Shown here: in pieces, positions 21,601-29,261 of the stretch
Numbering within the stretch: the first letter of the stretch is position 1
How the letters are laid out: each line of letters starts with the position of its first letter
Assembly (NCBI GenBank): GCA_963768855.1
Contig: CAVYJM010000006.1
Coordinates: forward strand, 224,001 to 288,000
Source: an uncultured Thermoplasmata archaeon
Lineage (GTDB): Archaea > Thermoplasmatota > Thermoplasmata > RBG-16-68-12
Direction: 5' to 3'
Length of the DNA stretch: 64,000 bases
Translations under genes and position numbers: made by a program
Notes under the pieces: generated by a model
Told to the model about the DNA's origin: nothing
Seen by the model: the letters and a program-made list of their open reading frames with translations, nothing else
Database searches by the model: none

Positions 21601-23495
21601 GCACGGATGGCGGCGCATGGGTCACGTGGCTCTCCGGCGTCACGAACACCTCGGCCACGTTCACGGGCGTCAATGGCCACTGGTATGCCTTCCGCTCCCT
21701 CGCGACGGACGTCGCCGGAAACGTCGAGACGAAGGCGGGGAACGACACGTGGACGACCGTCGACACGAGCCCGCCGGGCTCCCTCGTCGCCTCCCTCCCC
21801 TCCTACGAGACCTCTCTCTCCTTCACCGTCTCCTGGAGCCCCGAGGCCGGGGTCACGGACATCGCCTCGTACCGGATCGAGTACAACCACGGGGCCGGAT
21901 GGGTGTCCTGGCTCGGGGACACCACCGCGACCTCGGCCACGTTCAGCATCGTCGCCCTCGGAATCGTGAGCCCACAGGGCAACTATGCGTTCCGCTCGGT
22001 CGCCACGGACCGCGCCGGGAACGTCGAGACGAAGACGGGCAACGACACGTGGACCGTCGTGGATACGATCGTTCCTACGTCGCTCGTATCCGTCCTGCCC
22101 GCATACGAGACGACCGCGGCGTTCACGGTCTCCTGGAATCCCACCGGGGTCACCTCGGACGTACAGGGCTACACCCTCCAAGTCAGCGCCGACGGCGCCG
22201 CCTGGGTGAGCTGGTTCTCCGGGGCCACGAACCGGAGCGCGACGTTCACCGGCGTCAACGGCCACCGGTATGCCTTCCGCTCCCTCGCGACGGACGTCGC
22301 GGGCAATGTGGAGACCAAGTCCGGGAACGACACGTGGACGATCGTGGACACGACCCCGCCCTCGTCTTCCATGAACGCCCTCCCGCTCTACGAGACCGCC
22401 CTGACGTTCCCGGTGAACTGGGGTCCTGCTCCCGGGACCGCAGACGTGGCGACCTGCGATGTTCAGCTCAGCTTGGATGGCGGCACCTGGACCACGTGGC
22501 TCTCCGGGGTCAACAACCGGTCCGCAGTCTTCTCCGCAGCGAATGGCCACCGGTACGCCTTTCGTTCTCTCGCGACGGATGTCGCAGGCAACGCCGAGGC
22601 GAAGTCGGGAAACGACACGTTCACCTTCGTGGACGCGACCCTGCCGACCGTCGTGCTCGATGCGCCGGAGGGCGCGGGCGTCGACCCGGCTGCCACGCTC
22701 ACGGTCACGTTCAGCGAGCCCATGGACGAAGGGTCCGTGGAACAGGCGTTCTCCCTGTCGCCCAGCATCGATGGCGCCTTCAGCTGGAATGCTGCGGGGA
22801 CCGTCCTCACCTTCACCCCGGCCCGAGCCCTTTCCGCCGGGACGTCGTACACGGTCGTCATCACCCCGGGCGCGAAGGACCTGGCCGGCAACTCCCTGGG
22901 CACGGTCAAGACGTTCACCTTTTCGACCGCGGGCTCGTCGACGGCCGCCGGTTCCTCGTTCGGGGACTGGTGGCCGCTCCTCCTAGCCGTCGTGGTTGGC
23001 GCGATCGTCGCCGTCCTCGTCCTCCTGCGTCGCCGCGGGTCCGCGGCCCAGGAGTTGGCCTCGAAGCCCGCTGCCCCGGCGAGCCCCGCTGCCGGGACGG
23101 AGATCGACGACATCTTCCTCCTCTACAAGGACGGCATCCTGATCAAGCACGAGACCCTGCGCCTGCGGCCCGACATCGACACGGACATCCTGAGCGGCAT
23201 GCTGACCGCGGTCCAGCAGTTCGTCAAGGACTCCTTCCAATCCGAGGACGAGGGCGAGCTGAACGAGATCACGGTCGGTCAGATGCATCTGCACATCGGC
23301 CGCGGCAAGTGGCTCATCCTGGCCGCCCGCGTGGCGGGCGGGGACGTCACGACGATGAACGAGCAGATCCGCAAGGCGATCCAGGACATGGAGGACCACC
23401 ACTGGGACCAGCTCGAGGACTGGGACGGGGACATGGCGCTCTCGAAGGTCCTGGGGCCCTACCTGAAGCGGCTCATCCGCGGCGACTACACGTGA
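18636..23495 (+). CDS. Large surface protein (1619 aa): signal peptide, Gly-rich beta-helix, FN3/Ig-like repeats, SbsA-type Ig domain, TM, cytoplasmic longin/roadblock-like domain
   Basis: Signal LATVLLLLGAALTL...AVAA; GNTIxxITGGxGG repeats; five to six ~100-aa repeats ending in GNVExKxGNDTWTxVD; VTFSEPMD Ig motif; TM WWPLLLAVVVGAIVAVLVLL followed by RRR; tail IDDIFLLYKDGILIKH...DILSGMLTAVQQFVKDSF. Confidence 0.9.
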   Translation: MAQAIERRSRRSLATVLLLLGAALTLTPILAPSAVAAGTTYLSGNACASSTTPTWVNTTTYVLAGNVTVPVGCTLTIQSGTVIKADPQVRLYLNGVLEANGTATSYISFDANRTSQVWGGVQFNKTSQASYLQYASLHMVDHGVRVVGTPLFWGPTLSHLDIDHAIVGVEFQGANATLSWSRINYTTMAVHASDGGYGGYPIIVANTITTVLSNPAIAIYATNLVQPTIQSNWITWVNGTDGSAGGALLTTGQDGGAAVGILVTGGTWPIVAGNTISQVRGGRGGAGGSPLISGNGGRGGKGGDASGIVMANAQNSRAQTNDITGVVGGHGGNGGDASGLGTTGGAGGAGGTAIAMEALDNTVTGWWFYNDAIGISGGSAGDGGGGPLSGAGGSGGAAYAHFFLQNMAGNASNNLAQTLVGGYGGNGSVGGVGGEVGGVWMAGMGGSGIVGSNTIAGLTGGQGGAGAQPTAGGGNATALLLIGDAGKYNTTTVRGNTINGITGGVGGVGSRGGSNGGVATAIGAVYTRVVSSGNTIQAITGGQGGSTGPTWTNGQGGSATAYAVALTPSSSSSQDRVQSVTKGLPGSGGTNPSPAQAIGFYVLGNATLTSVASLTNDTFASIGERDLFLENYTRTTALNTTFAPSTLYVGPAANLTVQNFLAVKVLWPNNVTAVAGARVAVADSGVEVYNRTSSTGNLKWIVVTNRVYIDSAIPLWNTTRVTVSYLTYTFGNNPRTVNMTTSQTQYFTMIDRTPPTTAMTALSAFTTTRTFTLHYSYSDGFGAGVTSVTIWDRVNGSTWNTYAIISVTGSGSGQISFTAASDGLYEFAATAIDAAANQQTPVPPTANQTWTIVDTTKPASQATALPAWETSLSFLVSWGPSPGTTDIASYTVQYNSTGTWVTWLSSTLLTSSTFTATSQTVYQFRTLARDFAGNVEVKTGNDTWTLVDSVVPTSAVSALPSYETIAVFSIAWGPTAGTSDVANYTVQVRTDGGAWVTWLSGVTNTSATFTGVNGHWYAFRSLATDVAGNVETKAGNDTWTTVDTSPPGSLVASLPSYETSLSFTVSWSPEAGVTDIASYRIEYNHGAGWVSWLGDTTATSATFSIVALGIVSPQGNYAFRSVATDRAGNVETKTGNDTWTVVDTIVPTSLVSVLPAYETTAAFTVSWNPTGVTSDVQGYTLQVSADGAAWVSWFSGATNRSATFTGVNGHRYAFRSLATDVAGNVETKSGNDTWTIVDTTPPSSSMNALPLYETALTFPVNWGPAPGTADVATCDVQLSLDGGTWTTWLSGVNNRSAVFSAANGHRYAFRSLATDVAGNAEAKSGNDTFTFVDATLPTVVLDAPEGAGVDPAATLTVTFSEPMDEGSVEQAFSLSPSIDGAFSWNAAGTVLTFTPARALSAGTSYTVVITPGAKDLAGNSLGTVKTFTFSTAGSSTAAGSSFGDWWPLLLAVVVGAIVAVLVLLRRRGSAAQELASKPAAPASPAAGTEIDDIFLLYKDGILIKHETLRLRPDIDTDILSGMLTAVQQFVKDSFQSEDEGELNEITVGQMHLHIGRGKWLILAARVAGGDVTTMNEQIRKAIQDMEDHHWDQLEDWDGDMALSKVLGPYLKRLIRGDYT
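20890..22640 (+). repeat. Tandem ~300-bp intragenic repeats encoding FN3-like domains
   Basis: Recurring DNA such as gccttccgctccctcgcgacggacgtcgc (~21688, ~22272) and aacgacacgtggac at ~295-bp spacing. Confidence 0.8.
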
Positions 23496-23507
23496 GACGG
23501 GCGTCCG

Positions 23508-24092
23508 TCACACGGGCAGCGTCGTGAGCAGGGCCATGACCTCGTCGCCCGGCTCACCCTGTGCGCGGGCCTTCGCCTCGAGGCGCTCGAGCTTGTGCTT
23601 CGCCTCGTCGAAGATCTCCATGACCTGCTGGACCGTGTCCTTCCGCCAAGGCACATGGTAGAAGTAGAGCCGGCCCACCTCGAAGTCGACCGTGCCCTTG
23701 GCCTGGATACGCTTGATGGACTCGTTCACGAGCCCCTTCAGCATACCGAGGACCGCGACCCGGTAGTTCACCTTGTCCTCCGGGCCGAGCTGGTCCCAGA
23801 TCGCGCTCGAGTCGAGGGAGGTGCCCGGGATGCGGTAGTACTTCTCGACGAGGTTCCCGCGGATCTCCGTCTTCGTGGGCTCGATGAGCTTCGCGGCGAG
23901 CAGCTGGTTCACGTGATGGTGGACCGTGGCGGGGCTCAGCTCGAGGGCCTTCGCGATCCCGCTGATCGACATGTCCCGCTCCATCAGGAGCGTGAGCATC
24001 CGCAGGCGGGAGGGCTCGCTCAGGACCTTGAATTGGTCGACGGTGACGGACACGGCGCGCTCGGTTGGGACCGGGAGCTGCTCGTCGGGCAT
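23508..24092 (-). CDS. ArsR/HTH_20-family transcriptional regulator
   Basis: FKVLSEPSRLRMLTLL...SISGIAKALELSPATVHHHVNQLLAAKLI wHTH; ATG 24092. Confidence 0.9.
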   Translation of the reverse strand: MPDEQLPVPTERAVSVTVDQFKVLSEPSRLRMLTLLMERDMSISGIAKALELSPATVHHHVNQLLAAKLIEPTKTEIRGNLVEKYYRIPGTSLDSSAIWDQLGPEDKVNYRVAVLGMLKGLVNESIKRIQAKGTVDFEVGRLYFYHVPWRKDTVQQVMEIFDEAKHKLERLEAKARAQGEPGDEVMALLTTLPV

Positions 24093-24141
24093 GACCACAC
24101 CCCATTCGATAATATCAAAGCGTGTAAATGACGCCGATATA

Positions 24142-24193
24142 TTTAAATACTTCCGAGGAATAGTCTCGTTTAGATAACACCGAAACGATGTTA
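24142..24193 (+). promoter_or_regulatory. TATA box and overlapping inverted repeats (candidate operator) in the divergent promoter
   Basis: TTTAAATA 24142-24149; TCGTTT-N11-AAACGA 24166-24188; TAACA-N9-TGTTA 24175-24193; AT-rich island. Confidence 0.6.
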
Positions 24194-24205
24194 CCAGGTG
24201 ATAAT

Positions 24206-24307
24206 ATGAAGCTCTTCAAGAAGACAACCTCCAAGGACCTCAATCTCCCCTCCGACGCCCTCGTCTGGGGCAGCGGATCGATCATCTACGCGTCCTTGAA
24301 GCGGTAG
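24206..24307 (+). CDS. Small protein, 33 aa (MKLFKKTTSKDLNLPSDALVWGSGSIIYASLKR)
   Basis: Translated by hand; SD AGGTGA just upstream; lies downstream of the TATA box; below the ORF-track cut-off. Confidence 0.6.
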   Translation: MKLFKKTTSKDLNLPSDALVWGSGSIIYASLKR

Positions 24308-24340
24308 ACTGGCCGGAAGGAACCGTGGGAGGTGACCCTG

Positions 24341-24430
24341 TTGCAACTGATTCTGACCCCCTCCACCGTCCGCCTCCTTGTGCGCGAGCACGGCGAGAAG
24401 ACGGTGAACCGACCCGTCCCGCCTCTCTAG
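24341..24430 (+). CDS. Small protein, 29 aa (MQLILTPSTVRLLVREHGEKTVNRPVPPL, TTG start)
   Basis: Translated by hand; strong SD GGAGGTGA just upstream of the TTG. Confidence 0.5.
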   Translation: MQLILTPSTVRLLVREHGEKTVNRPVPPL

Positions 24431-24454
24431 ATCCGACTCAACCCTCCTCCAAGT

Positions 24455-24487
24455 TCCGCCCGCACCCGCGGGCGGACCCCACTTTTT
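24455..24487 (+). terminator. GC hairpin followed by T-run
   Basis: TCCGCCCGC-ACCC-GCGGGCGGA 9-bp stem, then TTTTT at 24483-24487. Confidence 0.55.
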
Positions 24488-24522
24488 CTGCGTCCGACTC
24501 TGCGTGAGCGGAGCGGCCGTCT

Positions 24523-25203
24523 TCACGGCCCCGGCGGGCCGGGGGGCGGAGACAGCTGGGAGGGCGGATAGCTGGGCGGGGACGCCGGGAGCAGCTGCGG
24601 CGGGACGCCTCCAGGTGGAGGCTGCCATGCCGGGGCCAACGGCGGGAGAGCCGCGGCCTTCCGTCGCTTACGGAGGATGGAGAGGACGACCAGGACGCTT
24701 CCGACCCCGATCAACGCGACAAGGACGAGCCCGACGATGAGCCGCGTCGTATCCCCGCCGGCGTTTCCTACCTGAGCGCTCACGACGACCGTCGCGCTCG
24801 CCGCTCCCATGGCCCCGGAAGACGAGATCGGGGCGTTGTCCACCACGAAATAGTAGGTCGCCACCCGAGGCGCGGTGAAGCTCCCGGAGAACGACATCGT
24901 GTTCTCTTGCGTGCCGGCCGAGTAGTATCCGAAGGTGAGCTCCATCGGATCCTTGTATTCCGCGTAGCTCGTCGCGTTGAACAGGTAGACGTCCACGGGC
25001 CCTCCTGCGGTGACTCGCACGGAGAAGGTGAACGGAGACGCGGGCGAGAGGCTCACCCCGTACGCCTTGTACTCGTCCGACGGGAGCGTGAGGGTCTCGG
25101 ACATCGTATTGCCCATCATCGTCTCCATCTGTGCGCTCGCAAGCGGGAGCAGCACCGCCATCAGCACGATTCCGACGAGAACGGACGCGATGGCGCCGGT
25201 CAC
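24523..25203 (-). CDS. Single-pass membrane protein with beta-sandwich (p24/GOLD-like) ectodomain and Pro-rich tail
   Basis: Signal peptide ...LLPLASA; GGPVDVYLFN and YYFVVDN strands; TM LIVGLVLVALIGVGSVLVVLSIL followed by RKRRK; PPLAP/PPSYPP tail. Confidence 0.75.
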   Translation of the reverse strand: MTGAIASVLVGIVLMAVLLPLASAQMETMMGNTMSETLTLPSDEYKAYGVSLSPASPFTFSVRVTAGGPVDVYLFNATSYAEYKDPMELTFGYYSAGTQENTMSFSGSFTAPRVATYYFVVDNAPISSSGAMGAASATVVVSAQVGNAGGDTTRLIVGLVLVALIGVGSVLVVLSILRKRRKAAALPPLAPAWQPPPGGVPPQLLPASPPSYPPSQLSPPPGPPGP

Positions 25204-25326
25204 GTGTTTCGTATGGATCCCTCCGGTCTCCCGAACGCAGGTGGGGCACCATGTAACTGTCCTACTTACTCGCGCGGGTCCCGGCGGCCGGGAAACGTTT
25301 TACGCCGCTCGGTCCATGGCGCCGCG

Positions 25327-26109
25327 ATGGCCCCCCGGAGTCCCCATCCCGAGCCCGACCCGGCCGGCTCCCTCGCCGGACGTTCGGCCCTGGTCACGGG
25401 CGGCTCCCGCCGGATCGGGAAGGCGATCGCCCTCGCCCTGGCCCGCCACGGCGCGGACGTTGCGATTACATACCGGACCCAGCGGCGGGACGCCGAGACC
25501 GTCGTCGGGTCCGTCCGGGCGATGGGCCGCCGGTCCATCGCGATACGCGCCGACCTGACGCGGCCTGCGGACTGTCGGCACGCTGTCTCGTCCGCCGCCA
25601 AGGCCCTGGGACGGCTCGACATCCTCGTGAACAACGTGGGCGAGTGGATCGTGAAGACTGTCGAGGCGACGGACCTCGAGGAATGGCGAGAAGTCCTCGA
25701 TTCGAACCTGACCGCTGCCTACCTGTGCTCCCGCGCGGCCCTGCCCCACATGCGCGCGCACGGATGGGGGCGGATCGTGAGCATGGGAGCCGCGGGCGCG
25801 TACCGCGCGCACGGCACGGCCCGCATGTCCTCGTTCTACGCTGCGAAGGCCGGGATCGTAGCGTTTTCCAAGTCCCTTGCGCGGGAGGTCGGTCGGGACG
25901 GGATCACGGTGAACGTCGTTTCCCCCGGCGTGATCGCGGACCCGGAGTTGTCCCGGGCCCGCGCGCGGCGGCGGAAGGATCCCGACACCGCCGTCCGGCG
26001 GCCGGGCACGGGCGCGGACGTCGCGGCGGCCGTCCTGTTCCTCGTCTCGGACGACGCGGAATTCATCACGGGGGATGTGGTCGGGGTCACCGGTGGCTGG
26101 CTCCTCTGA
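25327..26109 (+). CDS. Short-chain dehydrogenase/reductase (FabG/FolM-like)
   Basis: ALVTGGSRRIG, LDILVNNVG, GRIVSM, GITVNVVSPG; ATG 25327. Confidence 0.9.
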   Translation: MAPRSPHPEPDPAGSLAGRSALVTGGSRRIGKAIALALARHGADVAITYRTQRRDAETVVGSVRAMGRRSIAIRADLTRPADCRHAVSSAAKALGRLDILVNNVGEWIVKTVEATDLEEWREVLDSNLTAAYLCSRAALPHMRAHGWGRIVSMGAAGAYRAHGTARMSSFYAAKAGIVAFSKSLAREVGRDGITVNVVSPGVIADPELSRARARRRKDPDTAVRRPGTGADVAAAVLFLVSDDAEFITGDVVGVTGGWLL

Positions 26110-26216
26110 GGCGATCATTATTTCTGTGAGTGAATAATTATCTCCCGAGCAGCGGCGCTTCCCACGCGGACGCGATGCGGGCACGCTTAAGTGGCCTCAC
26201 ACCGTTTCGGGGAGGC

Positions 26217-27359
26217 GTGGCGGCGGGCCTCGTCTACCATCCGGACTACCTGCGGTACGACTTCGGCGGTGACCACGCCCTGCGGCAGCTCCGAGTGCGC
26301 CTGGCCCGCGATCTCATTGCCGACTACGGCCTCCTCAAGGAGGCGGAGGAGATCCTTCCCATCCCCGCAGGGCCGGAGGCGGTTGCCCGCGTCCACACCG
26401 AGGACTACCTGTCCGTCGTGAAAGACCTGAGCGTCCACCCGAAGGGTGCGGCCTACCAGCACGGCTTGGGCACTGCGGACAACCCGGTGTTCGAGGGGAT
26501 GTACGAGGCGACCCTGCTCCACGTCGGCGGGACCCTGCGCGCCTGCGAGGAGGTCGCTTCCGGCCGCCGGACTCGCGCGATGACCCTGGGAGGCGGCTTC
26601 CACCACGCGATGCGCGACAAGGCGTCCGGGTTCTGCATCTTCAACGATGTGGCGGTGGGCATTCAATCCCTCCTGGAGGACCACAAGCTCCGGCGGATCC
26701 TCTATGTCGACATCGACGCCCACCATGCGGACGGCGTCCAGTCAATCTTCTACGAGGATCCGCGCGTCCTCACGATCTCTCTCCACGAGGACGGTCATTA
26801 TCTCTTCCCGGGGACCGGGTTCACGGACGAAATCGGGGCCGGCGAGGGACGTGGGTATGCGGCGAACGTGCCGCTCCCTCCCTACACCCGGGACGTGTCC
26901 TACCTGTACGCGTTCCAGGAGATCGTGCCCCCGCTCGCTCGCGCGTTCAAACCGGAGCTGATCGTCAGCCAGCTCGGCGCGGACGGTCACTATCTCGACC
27001 CGCTCACGCACCTCATGCTCACCACGGAGACCTACGAGGCCGTCGGCATGATGCTCGACGGACTCTCGAAGGAGCTCTGCGGCGGTCGCTGGATCGCGAC
27101 GGGCGGCGGCGGCTACGAGGTCACAGCGGTGCCGCGCGTTTGGACGGTCATGTTCGCCACGATGAACGGCCGCGAGCTCGAGGACGCGCTGCCCGCGGAG
27201 TGGCTCAGGGAGTGCAACCACCTGGCGGGCTCCGTGCCTCCGGACAAGTCGCTGCGGGACCACGTGCACGCGGAGGAGGAGACCCATGTTCCTCGCGCCG
27301 CGAAACGCGTCGTCGACGAGCTCCGCAAAACGCTGTTCCCTCTCCACGGAATCCGGTGA
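26217..27359 (+). CDS. Zn-dependent deacetylase (HDAC/AcuC family)
   Basis: GGGFHHA, SGFCIFND, DIDAHHADG, SLHE, FPGTG, GADGHYLDPL, GGGGY; start uncertain (26130, 26175 or 26217). Confidence 0.92.
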   Translation: MAAGLVYHPDYLRYDFGGDHALRQLRVRLARDLIADYGLLKEAEEILPIPAGPEAVARVHTEDYLSVVKDLSVHPKGAAYQHGLGTADNPVFEGMYEATLLHVGGTLRACEEVASGRRTRAMTLGGGFHHAMRDKASGFCIFNDVAVGIQSLLEDHKLRRILYVDIDAHHADGVQSIFYEDPRVLTISLHEDGHYLFPGTGFTDEIGAGEGRGYAANVPLPPYTRDVSYLYAFQEIVPPLARAFKPELIVSQLGADGHYLDPLTHLMLTTETYEAVGMMLDGLSKELCGGRWIATGGGGYEVTAVPRVWTVMFATMNGRELEDALPAEWLRECNHLAGSVPPDKSLRDHVHAEEETHVPRAAKRVVDELRKTLFPLHGIR

Positions 27360-27563
27360 GCCGGCGGTTGTCGTCGGACTCGCGAGGGAATCGGGCTCCC
27401 TCCCGGCGTGCGGTCCGGCGAGCGCCGACGCGTCTTCATGCGTTTTTCGGCGGACCTAAACAATTCAAGGTGACGCCGAACCGGGATTTGGCGGGATGTC
27501 GAAGCGAGAACGGCCTTTTTCCCATAGAATCGGCTCGTTCGTCACTCGTTCCACAAAGGGGAC

Positions 27564-27575
27564 AAAAGCTTTAAT
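27564..27575 (+). promoter_or_regulatory. BRE/TATA-like element upstream of the ARC ATPase operon
   Basis: CAAAAGCTTTAATG about 125 bp before the ATG; GGTGA SD precedes ATG 27699. Confidence 0.45.
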
Positions 27576-27698
27576 GTCACACGCGAGTTGCTAACACGGG
27601 ACGGGACAAAGCGCACTGTTCCTCCATAGGCATCCGCGAGGGGAGGTGCCGCCGAGTCCGACCGTCGTTCGCGGGCTGGAACCCGTGGTGATACAAGA

Positions 27699-29258
27699 AT
27701 GACCAACGACGAGGTCGACGAGAAGGTGTCCAAGTCGGCGGAGGATGTGCGCGATGAGTTCGAGGAGAAGATGGACCGGCTCCGTCGCCAGTACGAGCGG
27801 GACCTCCACTCCTTCCGCTACGAGATTGAGGAACGGGAATACCGCCTCAAGGCGTACGAGGACAAGTTCAACAAGATCAAGCAGCCCCCGCTCCTGTACG
27901 CCTACGTCATCCGCAAGGAGGGGCCGGACATGGACGGAAACCAGGTCGTGGTCGCCCGCGCCACAGAGCTCCTGAAGGTCTCCACCGGCCTCGCGGACAA
28001 GACCCAGCTCCAGGTCGGACAGTACGTGTGGGTGCACCCCCAGACCTACGCGATCGTCGAGGGGAGTGCCGTCCGCAACGAGGGAGTGATCGCGAAGGTC
28101 GTGGACATGATCGACGGCAAGCTCGTCGTGTCGGTCGAAGGGGACATGGAGAAGCGCCTCGTGTCGTGCGACAAGTCCGTGTACAAGAAGCTGAAACCCG
28201 GATTCCAGATCAGCGTGCTTCCTCCGACGATGGAGGTCCTCGACATCCTCCCGAACTTGGAGGTGAAGTCTCTCCTCCTCGGGGAGAAGCCGAACGTCTC
28301 CTATGCGGCGATCGGCGGGCTCTCCGAGATGATTGAGCGCATCAAGGACGTCGTGGTCCTGCCCTACCGCGAGGCGAAGCTGTTCGAGCAGATCAAGCTC
28401 GAGGCCCCGCGCGGCATCCTGCTCTACGGCCCGCCGGGCTGCGGCAAGACCCTCCTGGTGAAGGCAATCGCCACGGAGAACGACATGACCTTCTTCAACG
28501 TCAGCATCGCGGACGTCCTCTCGAAGTGGGTGGGGGAGTCCGAGCGGATCATCAAGGAGATTTTCCGCCAGGCCCACGAGAAGAAGCCGAGCATCGTTTT
28601 CTTCGACGAGATCGAGGCCCTCTTCACGGTCCGGGGGATGATGGACACGTCGGGCGTGCACAAGAACATCATCGCTCAGATCCTGAGCGAGATGGACGGC
28701 CTGGTCCGCCTGCATGACGTGTTCGTGATCGGAGCGACGAACCGCGCGGACCTCGTCGACCCCGCGTTGCTGCGGCCCGGACGCTTCGACGAGATCATCG
28801 AGATTCCGAGGCCCGAGCGGGCCGCCGCGGAGGAGATCCTCAAGATTTACCTGACGGACGACCTGCCGCTCGCCGTGGACGTGGTCCAGGAGTACGGCGG
28901 CCGCTCGGAGGCCGCGCAGGGTCTGCGGCGCTTCGTCCTGGACGAGCTCTATGGCGAGAACAAGTGGGTCAAGGTCAAGCTGGACGCCGAGGCGAACGAG
29001 GCGATCAAGACGGTCAAGCGGAAAGACATCATCTCCGGCGCGATCATCGAGGCCATCATCAAGACGGCGAAGAAGAACTACGTGAAGCGTGTGATCGCCC
29101 TGAAGAAGGGCGACCGGAAGAAGGAGGGCCTGACGGCGCGGGACCTCGAGATGGCCATCGAGGAGGAATGCAAGGAGCACGCGATCACGGAGATGTACAT
29201 CTACGAAAAGCGGCAGCGGGAGGTCTTCCGGACCGGCGCGGACCCGATGGTCGGGTGA
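27699..29258 (+). CDS. arc: ARC/Mpa-type proteasome-associated AAA ATPase
   Basis: N-terminal coiled coil then QPPLLYA and a double-length interdomain (two OB folds); Walker A GPPGCGKT; Walker B FFDEIE; SRH TNRADLVDPALLRPGRFD; ARC-type insert YLTDDLP...DIISGAIIEAIIKTAKK. Confidence 0.85.
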   Translation: MTNDEVDEKVSKSAEDVRDEFEEKMDRLRRQYERDLHSFRYEIEEREYRLKAYEDKFNKIKQPPLLYAYVIRKEGPDMDGNQVVVARATELLKVSTGLADKTQLQVGQYVWVHPQTYAIVEGSAVRNEGVIAKVVDMIDGKLVVSVEGDMEKRLVSCDKSVYKKLKPGFQISVLPPTMEVLDILPNLEVKSLLLGEKPNVSYAAIGGLSEMIERIKDVVVLPYREAKLFEQIKLEAPRGILLYGPPGCGKTLLVKAIATENDMTFFNVSIADVLSKWVGESERIIKEIFRQAHEKKPSIVFFDEIEALFTVRGMMDTSGVHKNIIAQILSEMDGLVRLHDVFVIGATNRADLVDPALLRPGRFDEIIEIPRPERAAAEEILKIYLTDDLPLAVDVVQEYGGRSEAAQGLRRFVLDELYGENKWVKVKLDAEANEAIKTVKRKDIISGAIIEAIIKTAKKNYVKRVIALKKGDRKKEGLTARDLEMAIEEECKEHAITEMYIYEKRQREVFRTGADPMVG

Positions 29259-29261
29259 GCG

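Noticed and set aside
20890-22640. CRISPR array
   Set aside because: The repeats are ~300-bp in-frame coding units, not short repeats with unique spacers; no cas genes are present.
24206-24430. RiPP precursor peptides
   Set aside because: No modifying enzymes or transporter adjacent and no leader/core pattern; kept only as micropeptides.
27360-27698. ncRNA or small ORF in the 340-bp gap before the ARC gene
   Set aside because: No tRNA or known RNA motif and no SD-start pair found; explained as terminator, promoter and leader.
27699-29258. Ordinary archaeal PAN or Cdc48
   Set aside because: Single AAA module with a double OB region and ARC-specific insert, no HbYX tail, and coupled to a PafA/Dop gene.
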